A stretch of DNA of 64,000 nucleotides from positions 1,692-65,691 of the forward strand of contig CAVXUW010000001.1 in the NCBI GenBank assembly GCA_963765105.1, read 5' to 3'. The stretch is from an uncultured Thermoleophilia bacterium. GTDB taxonomy: Bacteria > Actinomycetota > Thermoleophilia > Miltoncostaeales > Miltoncostaeaceae. Made by a program: the position numbers and the translations under genes. Positions 10,172 through 19,759 of the stretch are shown here, in pieces; within the stretch, counting starts at the first letter, position 1; the number at the start of each line of letters is the position of its first letter. The notes below the pieces were generated by a model. It was not told the DNA's origin and did not search any database. It saw nothing but the letters and a program-made list of their open reading frames with translations.

Positions 10172-11079
10172 GCCTCGGGCAACGTGACCGCAAACGTGAC
10201 CGGCTCGCCGATGGCCGCATCAGCGCCGTCACCACGGGTGACCTGAGCGACATGGACCGCCAGGACGCGGGCCGCCGGATCGAGGGAGGGTGAGAGGGCC
10301 AGGGACACCTCGCTCACGCTACCGCCGGACTCCTCGTGCACCGGCACCGCCCGGTAGCGCCGGCCGCAGTCGTCCCACACATCAACCGCAGCGCGAGCGA
10401 TAGCCGGTGTTTCGGTGGCGTTGGACGACGACCCAAGTGCCGAGAGCGTCAGAACCGACCGTTCCCGATAGCGCTCGAGCGCGACCGCGCAGACGGCCAC
10501 GCCGTCCCGCAGGCGCACCTGCCCCACTGGGACAAGATCGATGAAACCGTTGGCCGTGCGCGCCGGGACCGAGCCCGTGGACGGGGGGCGACGGCGATCC
10601 TGAGGCAACGCGGGAACCTCGGCCACGGTTCGTGGCGGTCTGAGGTCGATCAGGAGGTTCCACGGCCCACCGCTGACCGCGCGGTTGACCCCCGCCGGGG
10701 CGCCGCGTGAAGGGTTGATGCGCATGATCCCGTCGACAACAAGCTCGAGGCGCTCAACCTCGGGCGGGAGATCCGGGGCACACCCCACCGCGCAGATGAG
10801 CTGACCGAGCCCGGAGGTGCTGCTCACCAGCCACGTGGTGTAGCGCGTCCCCCGGTCGTCGCGGGCGACCAGGCCGGTCGTGGGATCCCAGTCGATGAGA
10901 CCCGGGGCATCGCTGAGGATGAGGAGCGGAACGAGGAACCCGTCACGATGGTGCTCCACCGCGAGGGCGGCCACGAGCGTCTCACCGCCACGCGCGACGA
11001 CGGCGCTCGGGGTGAGACCACCGAAGGTCGTGCTGTCGCGCGCCTGATGGCCGGTTGATGAGGTGGTGACGGACGGCAC
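10168..11079 (-). CDS. Hypothetical protein with two internally similar halves, co-transcribed with ppm1
   Basis: 303-aa ORF with a 4-nt overlap with the ppm1 start. The two halves share a pattern (..A.A.E...DG....L...S.. / DD.GR.Y......G........P.L....R.L.L.V). No known family recognised. Confidence 0.55.
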   Translation of the reverse strand: MPSVTTSSTGHQARDSTTFGGLTPSAVVARGGETLVAALAVEHHRDGFLVPLLILSDAPGLIDWDPTTGLVARDDRGTRYTTWLVSSTSGLGQLICAVGCAPDLPPEVERLELVVDGIMRINPSRGAPAGVNRAVSGGPWNLLIDLRPPRTVAEVPALPQDRRRPPSTGSVPARTANGFIDLVPVGQVRLRDGVAVCAVALERYRERSVLTLSALGSSSNATETPAIARAAVDVWDDCGRRYRAVPVHEESGGSVSEVSLALSPSLDPAARVLAVHVAQVTRGDGADAAIGEPVTFAVTLPEA

Positions 11080-11095
11080 ACCCTAAGATTGCCAG

Positions 11096-11848
11096 GTGTC
11101 CGCTCCATCGCCCACGCTCGTGCTGATCCATCCGTTTCCTGTCGACGCCAGCTTTTGGGGACCGATGTGGCGTGAGCTCGACACCGACGTGGTTCTCCTC
11201 ACCCCCGAGTTCCCCGGTTTTGGTGGCGCACCGGCACTGATGGCGCCCTCGATCGACGGTTTCGCCGACTCGGTCGCACAGCTCATTCGCGACGAAGGAT
11301 CGCCACCCGCGACGGTGGTGGGCCTGTCGCTGGGCGGATACGTGGCGCAGTCGCTCGCCGTTCGCCACCCCGACTGCGTCGCCGGGCTGGTGCTGGCCAA
11401 CACCCGCGCCGAGGGCGACGACGCTGCGGGTAAAGACGCCCGTAACCGGGGCATCGACACCATTCGCATCGACGGGCTCTCGACCTTTCTCGATGGGTTG
11501 CTGCCCCGCCTACTCAGCCCCGCCGCACCCGCAGAGGTCTGGGAGCGCGTCCACGCCATCGCCGCTCGGCAGGATCCCGACGCGGTGTGCGCCGCCCTGG
11601 AGGCACTGCGCGACCGACCCGACCGACGCGATGAGGTTTCCGCCATCGCCGTCCCCACGATCGTCGTCGTCGGCCGCGACGATGCCATCACACCTCGGGA
11701 GGCGTCCGATGCGCTCACCGCGGCCATTGCCGGCTCCACCCAACGCGTCCTCGACACGGGGCACCTGTCGGCAATCGAAGCCCCCGCCCCGTTCGCCGCG
11801 GTCATCCGTGACGCTCTCACCGCCACCGCACCGGGCCGGCCGGAATGA
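11096..11848 (+). CDS. Alpha/beta hydrolase (enol-lactonase-like)
   Basis: LVLIHPFP.., nucleophile elbow VVGLSLGG, late D and H (..GRDD...TGHLSAIE). Confidence 0.8.
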   Translation: MSAPSPTLVLIHPFPVDASFWGPMWRELDTDVVLLTPEFPGFGGAPALMAPSIDGFADSVAQLIRDEGSPPATVVGLSLGGYVAQSLAVRHPDCVAGLVLANTRAEGDDAAGKDARNRGIDTIRIDGLSTFLDGLLPRLLSPAAPAEVWERVHAIAARQDPDAVCAALEALRDRPDRRDEVSAIAVPTIVVVGRDDAITPREASDALTAAIAGSTQRVLDTGHLSAIEAPAPFAAVIRDALTATAPGRPE

Positions 11849-12474
11849 GCCTCCAGACCTGGCTTGCATTCTTCGTCGCGTCGTGGCTCATCAGCCTGGC
11901 CCCCGGTCCCGGGGCGGTGTCCACCATGTCGAGCGCCGTACGTGTGGGGGTGCGTCGTTCGGGCTACAACCTCATCGGCCTGGAGCTGGGCCTCATTTTC
12001 GTCCTGCTGATCGTGGCCAGCGGGGTGGGCGCCCTGATCGTGGCGTCGGCAACCCTGTTTGGTGTGGTGAAGTGGGTGGGCGTGGCGTACCTGTTGTATC
12101 TCGGCTTGCGTCAGTTCCTGTCCGGGGCCAGTTCGAGCGTCGCCACCGATGATGAGAGGGCCGGCCAGACGCCGCGCAACCTCATCCTTCAGGGCTTTTT
12201 GGTCAACGCCTCGAACCCCAAAGGTATTGCGTTCATGCTGGCGGTGCTGCCCCAGTTCATCGACCCGAACACCGCCCAGATTCCGCAGTACGTGATCTGC
12301 GCGGCCACGTTGGTGTTTACCGACATCGTGGTGATGAACGGCTACGCATTTTTCGCGTCACGCGTTCTGCGCCTGCTGCGTACCCCCGCCCGTAACCGGT
12401 GGGTGGGGAGGGTTTTCGCGGGGATGTACGTGGGCGCGGCGGGGCTTCTCGCCGCGTTCGGCCGACACACCTAG
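11845..12474 (+). CDS. LysE/RhtB family amino-acid efflux transporter
   Basis: ~209 aa with six TM helices and the N-terminus WLAFFVASWLISLAPGPG, typical of LysE translocators. 4-nt overlap with the upstream gene. Confidence 0.8.
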   Translation: MSLQTWLAFFVASWLISLAPGPGAVSTMSSAVRVGVRRSGYNLIGLELGLIFVLLIVASGVGALIVASATLFGVVKWVGVAYLLYLGLRQFLSGASSSVATDDERAGQTPRNLILQGFLVNASNPKGIAFMLAVLPQFIDPNTAQIPQYVICAATLVFTDIVVMNGYAFFASRVLRLLRTPARNRWVGRVFAGMYVGAAGLLAAFGRHT

Positions 12475-13034
12475 TAGTCCGGTGGTGCGCTCCGTCCGCC
12501 GCGGTGGCGGGCGTAGTAGTTGTTGGCCTTGGCGCGTGAGCCACAGATCTCCATGGAGCACCAGCGGCGACTGCCGTTGCGGCTGGAGTCGAGGTACATA
12601 ACCGAGCAATCCTCCGCCGCACATTCGCGTACTCGGACGATCTCCTCGCGCGCGAGGTCCAGGGCATCAAGGAGTGCCGGGACGAGGAGGCAGCGGCAGG
12701 TCGACACCTCCGGACAGAAGTTCGGTCGCAGCGTGGCGCGATCGATGGTGAGACGGCCCGGTGTGGCGCTGAGCCACTCCGCGACGATCTCCCCAATGGT
12801 CTCGGCGTCGTGCGCGACGAAAGCGGTGCGCAACTCGTGGCGAACCGCACGGATGAAGTCGAGGTCGGCCACGGCGGGCGTCTCTGCCGGCTCACCAAAA
12901 CCTCCCTCCCGCAGCCACTGAACGACGTGCTGTGGCAGGGCAAGGAGATCGGCGCCATTCGCGGCGACGGTGTTGCAGAGATCCAGGGACGGTCGTCCCC
13001 CTAACCACACGAACGGACTACCGGGTTTGACCAT
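12471..13034 (-). CDS. CGNR zinc-finger domain protein (putative nucleic-acid-binding regulator)
   Basis: C-terminus ..CAAEDCSVMYLDSSRNGSRRWCSMEICGSRAKANNYYARHR is the CGNR zinc-finger signature. The N-terminus is ABATE-like. Confidence 0.8.
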   Translation of the reverse strand: MVKPGSPFVWLGGRPSLDLCNTVAANGADLLALPQHVVQWLREGGFGEPAETPAVADLDFIRAVRHELRTAFVAHDAETIGEIVAEWLSATPGRLTIDRATLRPNFCPEVSTCRCLLVPALLDALDLAREEIVRVRECAAEDCSVMYLDSSRNGSRRWCSMEICGSRAKANNYYARHRGGRSAPPDY

Positions 13035-13102
13035 CCCCCCACCTCAGGCGTATTGTTCTCACTGGTAAATCATTACCACACTGGTTTGCAACAGGAGTAT
13101 CA

Positions 13103-13807
13103 ATGCCTTCCCTGCCTCCGGCAATTACACTTTCCCACACTGAGCGCGGTCGGGGCCGCCTCGTCGTCGCCCTCCATGACCTGGGTCGTTCGAGCGACGC
13201 GATGCTTCGTGCATTGCGCCCGCTGAACAAACGCTTTCGCATCATCGCCCCGGACCTCCGCGGGCATGGCGACTCGCCCACGCCGACGGGGCCGTGGAGC
13301 ATTGACGACTTCGCATCGGACGTGTCACGGCTCATTGCCGCCGAGGGCGGAAACGCCATCGTCGTGGGTGTCGGGCTCGGCGGGGCGACGGGTCTGTCGC
13401 TGGCGCTCGGTCACCCGGGGCTGGTTTCGGCGCTCGTGGTCAGCGGCGCGGCCGCACGGTCGGAGGACATCGACGGGCAGGAGCGCTGGGCACGGATGGC
13501 ACGCATGATCCGTGAGCGGAGCGGCTCGGAAGGCGTGGCTTTGGCCGCCGAAGCGATGGGCACCCGCCCGGACCTACGGGGCGCGCTGGTGCAGATCGAT
13601 CCTCCCGTGTTCGTGTTGGCCGGCGAGGCCGACCGCGCCTACCCGCCCGACGCGCAACAAGAGCTGGCGCGCTCTCTCCCGGGCGCACGCTTCCAGCGGG
13701 TCGACGGGGCCGGACACGACCTGGCAACCGATCGTCCCGAGGAGCTCGTTGCCGCGGTGGAGTGGATCGCCGGCGTCGCCGCACAGCGCCTCGCCACCGC
13801 GGCTTAG
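13103..13807 (+). CDS. Alpha/beta-hydrolase-fold protein lacking the nucleophile serine
   Basis: The fold pattern is present (VVALHDLGRS..APDLRGHGDS..) but the nucleophile elbow reads VVGVGLGG (Gly where Ser is expected). Confidence 0.7.
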   Translation: MPSLPPAITLSHTERGRGRLVVALHDLGRSSDAMLRALRPLNKRFRIIAPDLRGHGDSPTPTGPWSIDDFASDVSRLIAAEGGNAIVVGVGLGGATGLSLALGHPGLVSALVVSGAAARSEDIDGQERWARMARMIRERSGSEGVALAAEAMGTRPDLRGALVQIDPPVFVLAGEADRAYPPDAQQELARSLPGARFQRVDGAGHDLATDRPEELVAAVEWIAGVAAQRLATAA

Positions 13808-13823
13808 CTCTTCCCGCGACGGG

Positions 13824-15566
13824 TTAGCGCAGAGCGCGGCGGGCACGGGAGCCCGCGGCGCTCGCCATGCCCGCGAGGAGCACGAGGGCGGACAGTGAGG
13901 TGGTGAGCGCGGCGAAATCGCGGGCCACAAGATCGTCTTTGATGAGTCGTCCGAGGCCGGCGGCGCCGACCACACCGACAATGACGGTCTCGCGCATGAT
14001 CACCTCCCAGCGGTAGACGCCGAGGGCCACCAGACGTGGTCCCAGTTGGGGAAGCGTTGCGTAAAAGAGCGTCTGCGTGCGCGTTGCACCCGATGCGCGC
14101 AAAGCCTCGGCGGGTCGTGGATCCATGTCTTCGAACGACTCGCCGAACAGCCGTGTCATGACTCCGGCGTTGTAGATCCCCAGCGCAACCACCCCCGGCC
14201 ACATTCCGGGATAGAAAACCAGGGCTGCCAGAAAGACCCACACCGGCGGGGGCACCGCCCGCGCCACGAGTGCGCCCAGACGCACGCCGCCGCGACCGGT
14301 TGCCGTCGCAACCGTGGAAACGACGTTGCGTCCCCCCCCGCGGGGCAGGTCGCCCGCAACCGAGCGTGCACCCAGGATGGCCAGAACCAAACCCACGGTC
14401 GCCGAGAACGCGATGGCCAGGAGTGACATCGCCACCGTCTCGAGCGACGCGGAGCCGAGCGCCGACCACCCGCCGGGACCCAGGCGAGGCGGGAACATCT
14501 CGCCGACGACGTCGCCAAACAGGTCGACGCGGCGTTCCTCCCACGCGACCGAGGGATCGAGCCGCACCCACCACCAGGACGCGGCCACGGCCACGATGAG
14601 GGCGACGGCCCACCTGACGTGCGCGCGACGCTCTGGAGTCGTGGGCATCGCCGTGCGCACCGTTAGCGACACCGGCACGCGAACGTCCCCGCAACGGAAA
14701 ATGCTGGCGTTGTCACGACGACGCGCCCGTGACGAAACGGTGTCGGCCGCGACCGACACCAACACCAACGCCCAGATCATCGTCCACATCTCGTTGTAGC
14801 GCAGCGATTGGAAGCTCAGGTCGATTTGGTAGCCCAACCCGCCGGCACCGACGACACCGAGAATCGCTGCGGCGCGGACCGCACACTCGAAGCGGTACCA
14901 CCCGTAGGCCACGAGGTCGGACCGCACGATGGGCGCCACGCCATAGACCAGCGACACCAGCCGGCCCGCTCCGTTCGCACGGAGCTGCCGATAGGGGCGC
15001 GCATCGGCTTCGTCGAGGGTATCGGCGAACACCGATGCGGTGACGGCGCCAAACGGTAGACCGATGGCGAGGACTGCGACGAGAGGAGCCGTGCCCAACA
15101 CCTCGGCCAGAATCAGCGCCCAGACGATCTCGTTGACCCCCCGTGGAACGACGTCCAGCCCGCGCACCAGCCGACGAAGGACCTCCCGCACGACGCGCCG
15201 GGATCGGCCAGCCCGGCCGTCAACCTCCCAACTCCGCGCGGCCAATAGTGGGGCGCCCACGAGGCCGATCAGGAGGCTGAGGAGGGTTCCGAGGAGCGCG
15301 TACGACAGGGTGGTCGCGGCTGCACGTGCGGCGATCTCAAGAAAGGTGGGGCTGAGATCGGGTTGCACCATCGCGGACCAGAAGTTGGCGAAGTTCGGCC
15401 ATCCCGAGGTGTTGACGACGTCGCCGCCGACGCCGGCACTGAGGGTCGATGCGACGAGCGCAACAACAAGGAGGAGAACCCACCCCCGTCGGCCGGCCAG
15501 GAGACCGCTGCCGGCGCGACGGCCGTTGGCCACGCGAGACGGCGCCGCCTCGGCGGAGACCGTCAT
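13824..15566 (-). CDS. phnE: Phosphonate ABC transporter permease, fused double PhnE
   Basis: 580 aa with two tandem permease halves, each carrying a PhnE-like EAA region (..EALRASGA.R.Q.L.Y..LPQ..P.. and ..D.LDEADARPYRQLRANGAGRL..). Lies in an operon with phnC and phnD. Confidence 0.8.
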   Translation of the reverse strand: MTVSAEAAPSRVANGRRAGSGLLAGRRGWVLLLVVALVASTLSAGVGGDVVNTSGWPNFANFWSAMVQPDLSPTFLEIAARAAATTLSYALLGTLLSLLIGLVGAPLLAARSWEVDGRAGRSRRVVREVLRRLVRGLDVVPRGVNEIVWALILAEVLGTAPLVAVLAIGLPFGAVTASVFADTLDEADARPYRQLRANGAGRLVSLVYGVAPIVRSDLVAYGWYRFECAVRAAAILGVVGAGGLGYQIDLSFQSLRYNEMWTMIWALVLVSVAADTVSSRARRRDNASIFRCGDVRVPVSLTVRTAMPTTPERRAHVRWAVALIVAVAASWWWVRLDPSVAWEERRVDLFGDVVGEMFPPRLGPGGWSALGSASLETVAMSLLAIAFSATVGLVLAILGARSVAGDLPRGGGRNVVSTVATATGRGGVRLGALVARAVPPPVWVFLAALVFYPGMWPGVVALGIYNAGVMTRLFGESFEDMDPRPAEALRASGATRTQTLFYATLPQLGPRLVALGVYRWEVIMRETVIVGVVGAAGLGRLIKDDLVARDFAALTTSLSALVLLAGMASAAGSRARRALR

Positions 15567-16315
15567 GCGGCCGTCGCGGGGTAGATCAGCCCGAGATGCC
15601 GACTGTCGAGCTCACTCACCGCAACATCGACCGCGATTCGTCCGTCGACGAGGCCCACGATGCGGTCGCAGTGACGGCGCGCGAGCTCGAGATTGTGCAG
15701 GCTCGCGATCACCGTCGGTCCTTGCGAGTCAGGGCCCGACCAGCGGGCGCTGGTGAGTGCGGCGACAATGACATTCGCCAGATCTGGATCAAGGCTCGAT
15801 GCCGGTTCATCGGCCAACACCACCTGCGGCTTCTGCAAAAGCACCCGGGCCACCGCGACGCGTTGCTGTTCACCACCGGACAGTTCGTCGGTACGGCGAT
15901 CAGCGAAACCGTCGAGCTCCACCTGCACCAGAGCGGCGGCGGTTGCCGAGCCAACCCGGTGGGAGAGCAGTGATCTCAACGCCGTTCGCGTGCGGATCGC
16001 ACCGAGCGCACCAGCGGTGACGTTGTGCCGCACGCGCAGTGGTCCCGGAAGGTCGAGCCCCTGGGCAATCGTCCCGATGCGGCGCCGCAGCTCCCGCAGC
16101 TCGCGTGGGCCCGCGCTCACCATGTCCGTGCCGAGCACCTGAACGCTTCCTGAGGAGACCTGAACAGATCCATTGAGAAGGCGCAACAGACTGGACTTGC
16201 CCGCCCCGCTTCGCCCGAGAAGGGCAACCCGCTCGTTCGCGTTGACCGTGAGATCAATGCCGGAGAGCGCGGGTGCGCCGTCGTAGTGGACGGAGGCACC
16301 GCGGATCACAATCAC
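15563..16315 (-). CDS. phnC: Phosphonate ABC transporter ATP-binding protein
   Basis: Walker A GRSGAGKSS, signature LSGGEQQRV, Walker B VVLADEP. GTG at 16315 sits just after the phnD stop; the longer ORF to 16468 overlaps phnD by ~150 nt. Confidence 0.85.
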   Translation of the reverse strand: MIVIRGASVHYDGAPALSGIDLTVNANERVALLGRSGAGKSSLLRLLNGSVQVSSGSVQVLGTDMVSAGPRELRELRRRIGTIAQGLDLPGPLRVRHNVTAGALGAIRTRTALRSLLSHRVGSATAAALVQVELDGFADRRTDELSGGEQQRVAVARVLLQKPQVVLADEPASSLDPDLANVIVAALTSARWSGPDSQGPTVIASLHNLELARRHCDRIVGLVDGRIAVDVAVSELDSRHLGLIYPATAA

Positions 16316-16319
16316 GGGA

Positions 16320-17291
16320 CTAGCGGGGGCGGATAACACCGATCTGCTTTGCGATCGCTTCAATCGCCGCGTAGTTGGCGCCGTCGGTCGGGATGAACGA
16401 ACCGGCACCGAACTGCGCAAGGATGGCCTTCTCGTTTGGGGTGTCGCCATCAATGGCGAGGAGGGCATCCTTCAGGGACATCGTGAACCCATCGCCGAAC
16501 GTTCTGTCGGCGGTTGGCTGGAGGACCCAGTGGTAGTCGGCGTACGGCGGGGTGCGGAACACTTCAACCACCTTGGCCGTGTCGATCTTCCCTTCAGCGA
16601 CCTGTTTGTCCCACACCTGCGAGTTCAATGCGCCCACGTCGAACGTACCGGAGCTGACGAGCTCGATCGTTTTGTCGTGGGCACCGGAGAAACCCGCTTT
16701 GCCCTTGAGGTCGTTGTCGACGTCCACACCGGCCTGGGACAGAAAATGCTGCGGCATGACCCGGCCGGATGTCGACGACTCGGATCCAAACGTGAATGAC
16801 TTGCCGCGCACGGCGGAGAGGCCGTCGACCGAGTCGAACTTTGCGATGCCACTTGTGGCTCGGGCGATGAACACTGAGGTGAACTTCGCGTCGATGTCGC
16901 GTTGGGCAAGCGCGGGGGCACCGTCGACCTCCGCGCGGGCCTGCACGCCCGTAAGGCCACCGAACCAGACGAGGTCAAGATCACGGGTGCGAAAAGCCGC
17001 CACGGATGCCTGGTAGTCGGTCACCGGGACGTACTCCACCGCAATTCCCGGAAGCTCCGCCTCCAGGTAGTCCGACACGAGACCGTAAGTGCGGACGAGT
17101 TTCTCGGGGTCCTGATCGGGGATGGCGCCGACCCGCAATGTCCCACGAAACTCTCCGGGAGTGGTCGTGGACTCGGTGGTGCCCGACGCGGCCGCCGGAT
17201 CGGACTCATCCGAGCCGCAGGCGGCGAGCAGCCCAACGGTCGCGGCAAGGACTGCCGTGAGAGTGACAAAGCGGGTACGACGTCGCGTCAT
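16320..17291 (-). CDS. phnD: Phosphonate/phosphite ABC substrate-binding lipoprotein
   Basis: MTRRRTRFVTLTAVLAATVGLLAACGS (lipobox), then LRVGAIPDQDPEKL..DLVWFGGLTGVQA, which is PhnD-like. ATG at 17291. Confidence 0.85.
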   Translation of the reverse strand: MTRRRTRFVTLTAVLAATVGLLAACGSDESDPAAASGTTESTTTPGEFRGTLRVGAIPDQDPEKLVRTYGLVSDYLEAELPGIAVEYVPVTDYQASVAAFRTRDLDLVWFGGLTGVQARAEVDGAPALAQRDIDAKFTSVFIARATSGIAKFDSVDGLSAVRGKSFTFGSESSTSGRVMPQHFLSQAGVDVDNDLKGKAGFSGAHDKTIELVSSGTFDVGALNSQVWDKQVAEGKIDTAKVVEVFRTPPYADYHWVLQPTADRTFGDGFTMSLKDALLAIDGDTPNEKAILAQFGAGSFIPTDGANYAAIEAIAKQIGVIRPR

Positions 17292-17484
17292 TCGTCTTCC
17301 TTCATCGCGGCGAACGGTCGGAGAACCGTCGTGTTTCTCAGGGAGTGCCACGACGAGGTCACCGTCGTAGTTCGACGGGAAATCATCGCGGCTCGCAAAG
17401 GACACTGCCAGAGTCGCGACGCCGATCTGGCATCAACATCCAGAGTTTTGGGAACGTTAAGGTTGGGCGTAAACGCCCGGCGCA

Positions 17485-17988
17485 CTACTCCGCGGCCGTG
17501 TCCCCATTGCCCGTCGAGGGCGTGACCTCGCCGTTCACGACATCCGCGAGGGCCCGAATGATGCGCACGCACATCGCGTCGCTGACCGCCACCTGAACTT
17601 CGCTCTCGTCGGCATCCTGGAAGGCGAGCGTCCAATGCGGGCGTGTTAGCCCGTCGGGCATCTGCTGGGGTGGCGTGACCGCCATGCCCGTGATCTGCGG
17701 GTGCAGGACCCAGAACATCCCCTCGGGCATCCCCACGTTCTCGGGAGTCCAGTTGAGCACGTCGGCCGGGAGCTGTTGACGCATCGGTTCGGCCTGAGTG
17801 AACGCGTTCATCATTCCTTCGGCATCGGTGCGACTGATGGGCAGCTGCATCACCATGTTGGTGCCACCGATGAACTCCAGGATGGCCGCCGGCTCCGTCC
17901 CGGGCTCGGGCTCGTCTTGGCCCTCGGCCACCTCGAAGTCCCCGTGACAGTTGAAGTCGGTCGCGTGAAATCCCACAGTCATTCTCAT
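17485..17988 (-). CDS. Hypothetical acidic protein
   Basis: Likely start MRMTVGFHATDF at 17988; ~167 aa; no family recognised. Confidence 0.45.
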   Translation of the reverse strand: MRMTVGFHATDFNCHGDFEVAEGQDEPEPGTEPAAILEFIGGTNMVMQLPISRTDAEGMMNAFTQAEPMRQQLPADVLNWTPENVGMPEGMFWVLHPQITGMAVTPPQQMPDGLTRPHWTLAFQDADESEVQVAVSDAMCVRIIRALADVVNGEVTPSTGNGDTAAE

Positions 17989-18068
17989 GCCGGCAATGTT
18001 GCCAGACACGCGCGGGCCCCGTGAGCCGAACCGTGCCGAGCACTTTCGACTCACGCGACCCGGACACG

Positions 18069-19241
18069 CTACGACACGGCCGACACCACGATCTGCGTGG
18101 TGGCCGATTGCGTGGAGACACCCGAGTAGCCGCCGGCCCAGCCGGTGGGGCCGCCGAAGCGGACGATCGCCCACGTCGCAAAACGCCCGTAGAGATCCGG
18201 TGGGCTCTGGAAGATCCGCTGGTCACCCCGGTCGGGCAGGTTCGCTGCAGTGTTTACCGTCTCGGTGATGAGGTTGGCCGAGCGCATCAGGTCGCGGAAC
18301 GAACGGTTGGGAAGTCGTTCGCGCTCACGCCAGGTCGTGCGGCTGCCGTAGACGGAAGGGGCCGGAGAATCGACACCCGACCGCACCGACGGACGAACAC
18401 CCGTGGGAGCCACCTTGAGCAGCTGCTTCTCATCGCGCACCAGGTCGCGGGAGTAGAGGTACGCCGTGTTCGAGTCATCGCGAATGAGACTCCACACCGC
18501 GTAGTTGCGCTCCAAGTCAGCATGAGCGATATGGATCGGGCCGGTGACACGCGCCACTCGTTTCAACTCGCCCGCGGCGGTTAGACGCGTGAGCGTCTCC
18601 TCACCGGTGGAGTACGCGGCGTACTGACCGCCCGGAATTGCCTGGCGCCACATCACTTCTCCGCTGCCGCTGCGCCAGACGCCGGTGATGGCGCCGCCTC
18701 CCGTGTGCTTCTGGCCGCGCACGACCTTTGGAACAACCGTGGGTTCACGCAAATCCCAGGTCAGCACCTCGGAGCGGCGGTCGGCGCCGGCGCCGGTGTG
18801 ACGCACCCACGCCACGAGCGGACCGTAGGCGTCACCTGTGACGATGCGTGTGTCGGTGGCGCCGGCGACCTCTTTGTCGAGGACGGTCTCCGCGCCGGTG
18901 GGAATCGTGAGCGCCACGAGCCGCGCCGGATCGGTGCCGGACTGGGTGCGAGCGATCACGGTGGGGCCACTGATCCCGAGGAGCATCTGGTTCGCACAGT
19001 CCGACAGCGGGGCCGAGGTGGGAATCTGCACCAGCGTCTTGGCACCGCCGATCCGGCGCGCCCAGATCTCCGCCGACGACGTCGGCGTGGGACAGCGTAT
19101 CCACGCCGCCCATTGGGACCCGCGCACCACATCGCGGGCAATGCCGCTTTGCTCGGTCAAGACGAACGGGGCTGCCGACGCAGGAGCGGCGACGGCGACG
19201 CCAAGAAGCGCCGCTACGGGAAGGACGCGTCGCAGGGACAT
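18069..19241 (-). CDS. Hypothetical secreted protein (repetitive beta-rich, possibly propeller-like)
   Basis: ATG 19241 is preceded by GGAGG. Signal peptide MSLRRVLPVAALLGVAVAAPASA. Recurring W/Y-containing strands; no named family recognised. Confidence 0.55.
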   Translation of the reverse strand: MSLRRVLPVAALLGVAVAAPASAAPFVLTEQSGIARDVVRGSQWAAWIRCPTPTSSAEIWARRIGGAKTLVQIPTSAPLSDCANQMLLGISGPTVIARTQSGTDPARLVALTIPTGAETVLDKEVAGATDTRIVTGDAYGPLVAWVRHTGAGADRRSEVLTWDLREPTVVPKVVRGQKHTGGGAITGVWRSGSGEVMWRQAIPGGQYAAYSTGEETLTRLTAAGELKRVARVTGPIHIAHADLERNYAVWSLIRDDSNTAYLYSRDLVRDEKQLLKVAPTGVRPSVRSGVDSPAPSVYGSRTTWRERERLPNRSFRDLMRSANLITETVNTAANLPDRGDQRIFQSPPDLYGRFATWAIVRFGGPTGWAGGYSGVSTQSATTQIVVSAVS

Positions 19242-19348
19242 CGTCGTACCTCCAAAGTTGCTTGCGCCGGGCACGCTACGACCCGCGCATGTGCGCAACG
19301 TGAAGACAACGTAAGCGATCCGTAGGTTCTCGCCCAGATCCACAAGGT

Positions 19349-19759
19349 CTATTCGCTCGCGTCGACGGAGCCCAGTAGTTCAATCCGCGCACGCGAACCC
19401 GGCGCCCGTGCCAGCCGCGCATCCAGCGTCACGAGGGGCAGCGCGAGGGCTTCGGCGAGGGCGAGGTAGATGGCGTCGTAAAACGATGCGTTCGAACGAA
19501 GCTGCCACGCACGATGAAGGAGCTCCGTATGGCCGACTCGTTGAATCGGGAAGTTCGCGAGCTCCGCAAGGGCCTGGGCAGCGCGGCGCGGCGTGAGCTC
19601 CCCCGCGAGAACCGCTCGTCGAAGCACGTGGCCGACCTCGGCGTCGATGAGATGAGGTGCCCAAAGGTCGGGCGCCGCACGCCGAATTCTCCGCGCCGCC
19701 TGGTCCGCGAACTCACCTCCCGCCAGGAACTCAACGAGAACTGAGGCATCGACCACCAC
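19349..19759 (-). CDS. vapC: PIN-domain toxin VapC
   Basis: MVVDASVLVEFL.. (first acidic residue), ..LIDAEVGHVLRR.., ..SFYDAIYLALAEALALPLVTLD.. form the PIN acidic-residue pattern. 1-nt overlap with the upstream antitoxin. Confidence 0.8.
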   Translation of the reverse strand: MVVDASVLVEFLAGGEFADQAARRIRRAAPDLWAPHLIDAEVGHVLRRAVLAGELTPRRAAQALAELANFPIQRVGHTELLHRAWQLRSNASFYDAIYLALAEALALPLVTLDARLARAPGSRARIELLGSVDASE

